Source of the DNA: an uncultured bacterium
Lineage (GTDB): Bacteria; Hydrogenedentota; Hydrogenedentia; Hydrogenedentales; JAEUWI01
NCBI GenBank assembly: GCA_963977445.1
Contig: CAXBPH010000231.1
Location: 1-11,141, forward strand
Reading direction: 5' to 3'
Length of the DNA stretch: 11,141 nt
Both the position numbers and the translations under genes were made by a program. A model generated the notes under the pieces. The model had not been told where the DNA came from, ran no database searches, and saw only the letters and a list, made by a program, of their open reading frames with translations. How positions within the stretch are numbered: position 1 is the first letter of the stretch; the number at the start of each line of letters is the position of its first letter. Shown here piece by piece: positions 1 to 6,418 of the stretch.

Positions 1-2
1 GC

Positions 3-350
3 TTCGGCGGCGGTGGCGGTGGTCGAGGCGGTGGTGGTGGTGGCTTCGGCGGCGGCGGCCAGGGTGGCGGTGGCTTCGGCGGCGGTGGCCAGGGTGGTGG
101 TCGTGGTGGCGGCCAAGGTGGTGGCCGTGGTGGTCAAGGTGGCATTGGCGGTGACGTAACGAGTATTCAGAACATCTCTGCCCTGTTCAGCACCATTAAT
201 GACGCGCAGGTTGGTGAAATTCCGGCCACAAACTTCATCGTTGGTCTCGACGGTGCCGGTACCGGTACGGGCGGTCGCCAAGGTGGCGGCGGTGGCCGTG
301 GTGGTAATTTGGACGGTGGTGGCGGCGGTGGGCTCGGTGGTGGTGGCGGC
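3..350 (+). repeat. Gly-rich low-complexity coding repeats (GGY codon runs; FGGGGQ / GGRGG units) in the secretin
   Basis: Two Gly blocks at about 3-152 and 252-350. A 30-nt near-tandem duplication at 39-68 / 69-98 (ggtggcttcggcggcggYggccagggtggY) has 2 mismatches. Confidence 0.9.
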
Positions 351-1511
351 AGTGCCAATCTTGGTGCCAACAGCAGTGGCCAGCAGGAGGCACCAATTCT
401 CGACTTGCTTCAGCGTCTGATTCCCGACGTTTATGCACCGTCGTCCACGGAGCGCCTTTCCGATATAATCTATAACCCGGCAAACAATATGCTGATTGTT
501 ACCAACACGCCAAGCAATTTGGGCTTGTTTGAAGAACAGTTGGCTCAGTTGGATGTGACGCCTAAACAGGTGAGCATTGAAGCCAAGTTCCTGACGATTC
601 GTGTTAGTGACATGGACAAGGTCGGGTTCAAGTGGGACGTGAGTTCACAGAGCAATAGCGGTGCAAAGCTTCCCACTGGACTTGACCAAGAAACCTATGC
701 CTTCGACGTGAATGGTGACGGTCAGACAGAAGACATTCTGCTTAGCGAACGTCCTGACGGATCGAATGCATTCAGCAACACCCTTCGTGAGACCGTTGCG
801 GGTGCGGTAGTCAACCCCGGACCGAGTGCAACGACCTTCAACCTCGTGTCGTCCATTCTCGACAATGGTAATGGTGACAGCATCTCCGTTACGTTTGACT
901 ACCTGAACAGCCTCGAGAATTCCGAGTTGTTGAGTGCGCCGCGTGTGACCACGATGAACCGTAAACCTGCGGTAATCGTTGACTACACGACGGAATACTT
1001 TGACGCCTTTAAGTACACGGAAGTTATCGCCGGTAGCAATAGCGTAAACGGTGTTACCCAGCCTATCCTGTCGACGAACTCAACGCCCTTCCCGTTCAAC
1101 TTCGGTATCGGTCTGTCGGTTACGCCCCAGATTCGGGATAACGACCAGGTCCGCCTGTGGTTGAACCCCGAAGTACGTACCCGTATCGGTGAAAAGAACT
1201 TCACCAATACCAGTATCTCTGGCGAAAATGAGATCGTGAATACCACGAGCTTGCCCATTACGTCATGGCAGGCCGTGTGGACGAACGTTATCGTTCACGA
1301 TGGTGACACGCTGGTACTGGGTGGTCTGGTACAGGATCGGTCCATCAAGGGTGAGCAGAAGCTTCCCTATGTGGCTGACATCCCGATTCTAGGCTACTTC
1401 TTCCGCGGTAAGTCCCGTGAAGTACAACAGTCGAGCTTGCTAATCTTCGTAACGCCCGACATCATCGATTCAACGGGTGCCCGTTTCTTCGACCTCGCGT
1501 CGGCTGAATAA
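3..1511 (+). CDS. Secretin (GspD/PilQ family, type II secretion / type IV pilus outer-membrane pore), 5'-truncated by the window edge
   Basis: The frame is open from position 3 (FGGGGGGRGG...) to TAA at 1509-1511, so the listed TTG at 309 is internal. N3-to-secretin junction 'IIYNPANNMLIVTNTPSNLGLFEEQLAQLDVTPKQVSIEAKF'; 'LLSAPRVTTMNRKPA'; 'FGIGLSVTPQI'; 'VHDGDTLVLGGL'; 'KLPYVADIPILGYFFR'; 'LLIFVTPDII'. GspD versus PilQ cannot be resolved without the N-terminus. Confidence 0.93.
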   Translation, partial: FGGGGGGRGGGGGGFGGGGQGGGGFGGGGQGGGRGGGQGGGRGGQGGIGGDVTSIQNISALFSTINDAQVGEIPATNFIVGLDGAGTGTGGRQGGGGGRGGNLDGGGGGGLGGGGGSANLGANSSGQQEAPILDLLQRLIPDVYAPSSTERLSDIIYNPANNMLIVTNTPSNLGLFEEQLAQLDVTPKQVSIEAKFLTIRVSDMDKVGFKWDVSSQSNSGAKLPTGLDQETYAFDVNGDGQTEDILLSERPDGSNAFSNTLRETVAGAVVNPGPSATTFNLVSSILDNGNGDSISVTFDYLNSLENSELLSAPRVTTMNRKPAVIVDYTTEYFDAFKYTEVIAGSNSVNGVTQPILSTNSTPFPFNFGIGLSVTPQIRDNDQVRLWLNPEVRTRIGEKNFTNTSISGENEIVNTTSLPITSWQAVWTNVIVHDGDTLVLGGLVQDRSIKGEQKLPYVADIPILGYFFRGKSREVQQSSLLIFVTPDIIDSTGARFFDLASAE

Positions 1512-1535
1512 GCACACCTGATTTCATGACAACTT

Positions 1536-1570
1536 CGGACGGCTCCATATACTGGGGTCGTCCGTTTTTT
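1536..1570 (+). terminator. Rho-independent terminator after the secretin gene
   Basis: CGGACGGCTCCA-tatac-TGGGGTCGTCCG forms a 12-bp stem with two G-U pairs, followed by TTTTTT at 1565-1570. Confidence 0.85.
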
Positions 1571-1577
1571 GGTTTCC

Positions 1578-2840
1578 ATGCGACTATTTCTCTATAACCT
1601 GATATTGAAGCTGGTCAGTCCAGCCGTCCGATTCTGGCTCCGTCGTCATGCCCTATATGGGCCGCTGATAGGGCGCTTTCAGCCCCAGGTTCCCCCGTCA
1701 ACCGCTGGGGCTATCTGGGTGCACGTCTGCAGTCTGGGGGAGGCCAATGGGGCCCAGCCCCTGGTCACGGCGCTGCGGAAGGCCTTTCCTGCCCTTCCGT
1801 GGCTGGTGACGACCTCCACCCTTTCCGGGCGGGTGCACTGTGAGGCCCTCTATGGACCCGAGCATGTCGCCTGGTTTCCGGTGGATACCAAGCCCGCTGT
1901 TCGACACTTTCTGGCAGCCGCCGCGCCAAGAATTCTTATTCTGTTTGAAACGGAACTCTGGCCAAACGTACTTCACGAATGTGCAACGAGACAGATTCCC
2001 GTGCTGTTGGCCAACGGCCGACTGAGCGACAAACATCTCCACCGCTACCGGCGCTATCGCTGGTGGTATGGCCCACTGATTCAGAGCCTTGAGGGTGCCT
2101 GTATGCAAGATGAACTATTTAAGGAGCGCCTGATGGATCTGGGCGTGCCGTCCGAGCGCATTACGATCACGGGCAGTGTGAAGTTTGATGCCGTTCGTGA
2201 TTCGGTCCCCGCGCGCGAGCGTAGTCGCATGCGCCAGGAGTGGGGCTTTCGGGAAGGCCAGGCCATTCTGCTTTTCGCCTGCACCCGCCCGGGAGACGAG
2301 GCCCTGGCGTCCGCCTGCTGGGCCACCTTGAAAGAAGAGAATCCTCGCCTAAAACTGCTTATCGCCCCGCGTCACCTGGACCGAATCGAGGAAGTTATTG
2401 AGCCCTTCAGCGAGCCCGTCATCCGTCGCACTCAACTGCGCGATAGAAACCGGCCGGAAGGTGCCCGGGTCTTCGTGCTCGACACCTTGGGCGAATTGGG
2501 AACCCTCTATGCATTGGCGAGCGTGGTGGTGGTTGGGGGGAGTTTCTACCCCGGCGTGAACGGCCACAATCCTTTGGAGGCGGCTGCTCTGGGCGTTCCC
2601 ACTGTCTTCGGGCCCTATATGAGCAACTTTTCCCAGGCCGAAAAAGTACTGGTGACTGCGGGGGGGGCCATCCAGGTGGCTTGTCCGGAAGATCTTTATC
2701 TGGCACTGAGTACCTTACTTACCGACAGTGGAAAGCAACGCCAAATGGGTACCGCTGCACGACGGGCGGTTATGGCCAATCGCGGTGCCGTTGCAAAAAC
2801 GATCGGTCAAGTTCGTGTATTGCTTGGGGATGAATTATAG
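1578..2840 (+). CDS. waaA: 3-deoxy-D-manno-octulosonic acid (Kdo) transferase, GT30
   Basis: Motifs 'IWVHVCSLGE', 'LVTTST', 'FPVD', 'FETELWPN', 'ANGRLS', 'TGSVKFD', 'IAPRHLDR', 'LDTLGEL', 'VGGSF...GHNPLEAA...GPYMSNF'. ATG 1578 is preferred over TTG 1569, which lies in the terminator U-tract. Confidence 0.95.
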   Translation: MRLFLYNLILKLVSPAVRFWLRRHALYGPLIGRFQPQVPPSTAGAIWVHVCSLGEANGAQPLVTALRKAFPALPWLVTTSTLSGRVHCEALYGPEHVAWFPVDTKPAVRHFLAAAAPRILILFETELWPNVLHECATRQIPVLLANGRLSDKHLHRYRRYRWWYGPLIQSLEGACMQDELFKERLMDLGVPSERITITGSVKFDAVRDSVPARERSRMRQEWGFREGQAILLFACTRPGDEALASACWATLKEENPRLKLLIAPRHLDRIEEVIEPFSEPVIRRTQLRDRNRPEGARVFVLDTLGELGTLYALASVVVVGGSFYPGVNGHNPLEAAALGVPTVFGPYMSNFSQAEKVLVTAGGAIQVACPEDLYLALSTLLTDSGKQRQMGTAARRAVMANRGAVAKTIGQVRVLLGDEL

Positions 2841-2868
2841 CCGATGTCCCATGAAGCTGACGTCGACG

Positions 2869-3831
2869 TCATGCAACAACTGGCGTATCCATGTTGATGG
2901 GCCGAATAGATAATTTGGCATTGCTCCCAATGTGGCATTCACCCAATATGAGTTCACTTTGATAGCGTAAGCTGCCATTGTAGGCGGCATCGTAATATAC
3001 GCATGCCCGGGGCAGGTGAATTCCATTTTCCAGCAGCACGGGCTCGCGCCACTCCTGGGCACCTGCGTTTGGCGTAAGGCCCCCCTTTCCGCCCAATACA
3101 TATCTACAGGCAATGGGATACAAATGGGCCGCATCAACTTCGAAAATGGCCTCATGGACTATTTCGGCGTTCGGCACACGGAAGAATTCATCGAAGGTCA
3201 GATCGGGGCGGGTCCACCGTGCCCAGAGCCACTGGAGCCAACGCCAACGCCCAACACGCACCTGCAGAACGGATGGGTCGTACACCGTAACGTGCCAAAG
3301 CAGGGTATCCGATGAGGTGTTGCGATAGACGCCATCCAGCTGTTGAAACCCATCCTCATCCGGTGGCCCAGTCAATCCCAGATGGCCGGTCGCCAAGGTT
3401 TGCGGCCACAGATGGGAAAGGAACGTCAATACTTCGGATAGCTGGTCATCTGTTGGCAGCGTCTCGGGAACGACGTTGCCGCCAACACCGGTGTCCGTCA
3501 TAGCCACGGCCTTCCAGGACCAGCGCCGCCCGCCCGCCTCTATCCACTCGCCGTCACTCACGATATCGCAGAGGAGTGTGCCCGCTTCGTCCCAGGCGGT
3601 GGCTTGCCAGTGGGTGGAACCCTCCCATTGATACAGCAGCCGAGAGGCATTCGCCGGTGGCGTCGTGGGGTCACCATGGAAAGATTCGCTAACTTCACCG
3701 ATGTGGAGCGAGAGCAATAGGCGACCTCGGTATAAGCTCGAGCGACGTGATTCTACCGCCTGGCGTAACCGTTGCAGTTCGGCGTCATTGAGGAGAAGCG
3801 TGGTTTCCGACGGACTGAAGAGTGCGTTCAT
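2869..3831 (-). CDS. Hypothetical protein (about 320 aa), possibly LolA-like beta fold
   Basis: A long ORF fills the gap between waaA and the acylase gene. ATG at 3831 (alternative TTG 3840). No family recognised with confidence and no obvious signal peptide. Confidence 0.7.
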   Translation of the reverse strand: MNALFSPSETTLLLNDAELQRLRQAVESRRSSLYRGRLLLSLHIGEVSESFHGDPTTPPANASRLLYQWEGSTHWQATAWDEAGTLLCDIVSDGEWIEAGGRRWSWKAVAMTDTGVGGNVVPETLPTDDQLSEVLTFLSHLWPQTLATGHLGLTGPPDEDGFQQLDGVYRNTSSDTLLWHVTVYDPSVLQVRVGRWRWLQWLWARWTRPDLTFDEFFRVPNAEIVHEAIFEVDAAHLYPIACRYVLGGKGGLTPNAGAQEWREPVLLENGIHLPRACVYYDAAYNGSLRYQSELILGECHIGSNAKLSIRPINMDTPVVA

Positions 3832-3956
3832 ACTAAACAAAACCTAAGGTTGACGTGCAGGATTGAGGTAAAGCAAAGGTAGACGAACTGACCTTGTCGA
3901 GGGGGTTGAACAAGCAGTGCGTTCGTTTGGGGTTGCGAGACAATTCACTACCAACT

Positions 3957-6062
3957 TCATTCCCCAGGCGTGTAAGTCCGAATTAACTGGTTGTCGATTT
4001 CATCTTCCGTGAAGGCAACCGGTTTCATCTTGTGGTCCACAAACAAGTTGGCCTGATCGTTGTAGTGTGCCGAGCCTTCGCGATCACTTTGGCTGTAGGC
4101 GAGCACCGAGGAGGCTCGCGGCATGTCGCCAAACTCGACGGCAAACACAAATCCATCTCCACCATTCACGACCCGTTTTCCATCGTCCCCATCGTGGTAG
4201 TCCAATACACGGACGCAGCCCAATGCGCCGTCGGCACCACCGACGGGCAGGTCCAGATTACCGCGCCGCATGCGGTGCACGTCGCCCCATTGGACGCGCC
4301 ACGATCCCCAGCGTTCCGAGCATTCGGCCATGGCCGTGTGAAAGGCCGCCACGGCGCGCTCCGGTGTTCCGATGCCACGGGGCGTCGTGTCCGGCGCGGA
4401 TGCATTCCATTCGTCGACAAAGACGTTGTCCCCCTTCCGGTAGAGCTCCCACCATTGGGCAAACAAGACACTCCCCACACTCGATGGGGACGCCGAGTTG
4501 TCCCAATCCCGCAACAGGACGGCGGCCTCCCGTTCTTCGCCGCTCAGGTCAGCGGTATTGAGCAGCGCTACAAGGTCCGGTTTCACCCGGTCGGCAAGGA
4601 GTAGTCCCGTGTTGTATTTTGCCGCTACCAGGTCTTCCAGGCTGAATACCTTGCTGTTATGTACCAGGCTCAGGGCTTGTTGTGTTCGGAGGCTCAGGCT
4701 GTTGTCCGGAAAGTAGGCCGGATAGTCATCCCGCGCGAGGGGGGCATGAAGGTTGGTGAAGTAGGGCGGCGAGTTGCAATTTTGAACGTAGCCCCCCGGC
4801 GGGTTCACCAATTGCATCAACTCGTCGAAGGGATGAACTTGCGTCCACACATCGGCCGTCTCCTTCGCTGGTACGGGGGTGTAGCGATGTCCCTCGTGGG
4901 GCAATTTTGGGACCGTGCCATTCCAGACATACATGATGTTGCCATCGCGATCGGCATAGCCAATATTGAACATGGGAATCTGCTGCATCCGCAGGACCTC
5001 ACGAAAGGCCTCCAGACTCTTCGCCTGGGTCATTCGATACCATTGGAGGCCCGTTTGAAACTGTCCCTGGCCCGCGGACCGGAGGATGTAGGCCTTGTCT
5101 TCTGTTTTGCGAACGACGGGTCCCAGGGGTGTCCACCAGGACTCCCGGATGCGGGGTGTTTCCAGATCCAGTGTGACGGTGTCTTTTTCAAAGGGCACCG
5201 AGCCGCCGTCGAAAAGATAGTGGTCCGTATTCTCCGGGTCGATCTGCACTTCGTAAAACTCTTCCAAGTCGGGATGGTTCACCGTGTGCGCCCAACCCAG
5301 ATAGCGATTGAAGCCCGTCGTTAATATGTGGCCGCCAATAAAGGTTGAACCATAGAAATCGTAAAAACCGGGGACGGTGATGTGGGCCTCATAGTAGCGG
5401 GCCTGGTCGGACCAAGGCTGATGGGGGTTATTGAGGAGCATGGCGTGTCCGCTCCGGGTCCGGTCGGGTGATAGGGCAATGGTGTTGGAACCGATGGTCT
5501 CTTCCTGATCCAGAAAGGTCAACGCCATCGTGTTCTCCGACGTGTCCATGGCCTGGTTAAAGCGTCCGATGAGGTTGCCGCGCAGGAAGGTGAAGCGCAT
5601 GACGGCAATCTGCCACGCGGCAAGCACATCATGGGGTGAGACGGGGGTCATCCATACTTCGGTCTCCTCGGGATGGGCATTCATGTAGGCGTTAATACCC
5701 GTGGCGAAGCCCGACACAACCTTGCGGTAGTCTTCGGGGAGGAGATGGAAGGTGTCGACCACCAGTTTACGTGCCCGCAATTGCCGGGTCTGAAAATCAA
5801 ACTCCACATTGCCGTCACTGTCCCCATACCAACGACTCATTTCGCTGCGACCGCGCACCATGGATTGATAGAGCAGGGGGAAGTGGTCCTCGGCCTGCAC
5901 CCAGGCAAAGCCAAATGCGGCGGCCTCTTCGGTATCGGCGAGGATGTGTGGCACCCCGTACTCGGTGCGACGGATAGTGACCTGATCGGCAAGCGAGGCG
6001 TTCGGACCCGCCAGCGCCGCCGGTGAAATGAGGAGGGTTACAGCGAGGGCTACGAATCGCAT
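3957..6062 (-). CDS. Penicillin acylase family (MEROPS S45) Ntn-hydrolase, cephalosporin/glutaryl-7-ACA acylase-like, secreted precursor
   Basis: Signal peptide MRFVALAVTLLISPAALA with an AGGAAAGG SD-like sequence upstream of ATG 6062. Motifs 'IRRTEYGVPHI', 'FGFAWVQAED', beta-chain start 'G|SNTIAL...NNPHQPW' (Ser codon 5487-5489, residue 192), 'GWAHTVN', 'FNIGYADRDGNI', 'NPPGGYVQNCN', 'YSQS...HYNDQ'. Confidence 0.93.
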   Translation of the reverse strand: MRFVALAVTLLISPAALAGPNASLADQVTIRRTEYGVPHILADTEEAAAFGFAWVQAEDHFPLLYQSMVRGRSEMSRWYGDSDGNVEFDFQTRQLRARKLVVDTFHLLPEDYRKVVSGFATGINAYMNAHPEETEVWMTPVSPHDVLAAWQIAVMRFTFLRGNLIGRFNQAMDTSENTMALTFLDQEETIGSNTIALSPDRTRSGHAMLLNNPHQPWSDQARYYEAHITVPGFYDFYGSTFIGGHILTTGFNRYLGWAHTVNHPDLEEFYEVQIDPENTDHYLFDGGSVPFEKDTVTLDLETPRIRESWWTPLGPVVRKTEDKAYILRSAGQGQFQTGLQWYRMTQAKSLEAFREVLRMQQIPMFNIGYADRDGNIMYVWNGTVPKLPHEGHRYTPVPAKETADVWTQVHPFDELMQLVNPPGGYVQNCNSPPYFTNLHAPLARDDYPAYFPDNSLSLRTQQALSLVHNSKVFSLEDLVAAKYNTGLLLADRVKPDLVALLNTADLSGEEREAAVLLRDWDNSASPSSVGSVLFAQWWELYRKGDNVFVDEWNASAPDTTPRGIGTPERAVAAFHTAMAECSERWGSWRVQWGDVHRMRRGNLDLPVGGADGALGCVRVLDYHDGDDGKRVVNGGDGFVFAVEFGDMPRASSVLAYSQSDREGSAHYNDQANLFVDHKMKPVAFTEDEIDNQLIRTYTPGE

Positions 6063-6161
6063 CAGAAGGCCTTTCCTGAATAGAATGGTCGGTGTGGCTA
6101 TTGTTGGGCGTTTGATTTTGCAATATGGATTCGCCACAAACGGTCGATTTAACACGCTTGG

Positions 6162-6191
6162 AGTCTATACCGATATCGGGTGGGGACGCAA
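6162..6191 (-). promoter_or_regulatory. Candidate sigma70-type promoter for the acylase gene, with a 10-bp palindrome in the spacer
   Basis: Minus strand TTGCGT-N18-TAGACT about 100 nt upstream of ATG 6062. CCGATATCGG (6170-6179) is a perfect palindrome. Confidence 0.35.
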
Positions 6192-6217
6192 CGCGGGAAG
6201 CGCGTCAGGGACAGGTA

Positions 6218-6239
6218 CACCGTCGGGAGGCGGTGCTAC
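6218..6239 (-). repeat. GTAG-type REP-like palindrome
   Basis: Minus strand GTAG-CACCGCC-TCCC-GACGGTG: a GTAG tetranucleotide abutting an imperfect GC-rich hairpin, as in RAYT-associated REPs. Only one copy is present in this window. Confidence 0.45.
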
Positions 6240-6382
6240 GTTGCCCTGTCGTTGCCGCTGGGGTGGGTCGCAATAGATTGCGTGGGAGGAAGGTGGAGTC
6301 GCAGTCCCGTCTGTTGGGGGCGGGGTCCGCTTCTGGAAACTGACGGTGTGCTTCGGCGGGTAACCGTTCGTCCAGGGTGTTT

Positions 6383-6417
6383 AACTGGTGGGCGGGGATT
6401 GGACCCCGCCCACAGTT
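6383..6417 (-). terminator. Strong hairpin immediately after the ceramidase-like gene stop (terminator or REP-like)
   Basis: GTGGGCGGGG-attgga-CCCCGCCCAC (6388-6413) is a perfect 10-bp stem, extended by AACT/AGTT with one bulge. The U-tract on the minus strand is poor. Confidence 0.55.
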
Positions 6418-6418
6418 T

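Noticed and set aside
1..150. Short repeats as a possible CRISPR array or non-coding VNTR
   Set aside because: There is no repeat-spacer architecture. The repeats are in-frame Gly codons with synonymous variation.
167..483. Pro-rich, His/Arg-rich and Val-rich short ORFs
   Set aside because: They are alternative-frame or antisense readings of the secretin Gly-codon repeats.
4032..5324. 190-aa, 164-aa and 221-aa plus-strand ORFs
   Set aside because: They are antisense shadows of the acylase gene.
6063..6155. Longer N-terminus of the acylase given by the ORF track (similarly 8018-8149, 8314-8340 and 10886-11047 for other genes)
   Set aside because: Downstream ATGs have SD-like sequences and place signal, anchor or prepilin peptides at the N-terminus. 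The extensions look non-coding.
6183..6250. Resemblance to a c-di-GMP-I riboswitch (GGACGCAA, GNRA-capped stem, GTTGCC)
   Set aside because: The elements are in the wrong order, the P3 stem is missing, and no plus-strand gene lies downstream. An Rfam scan would settle it.
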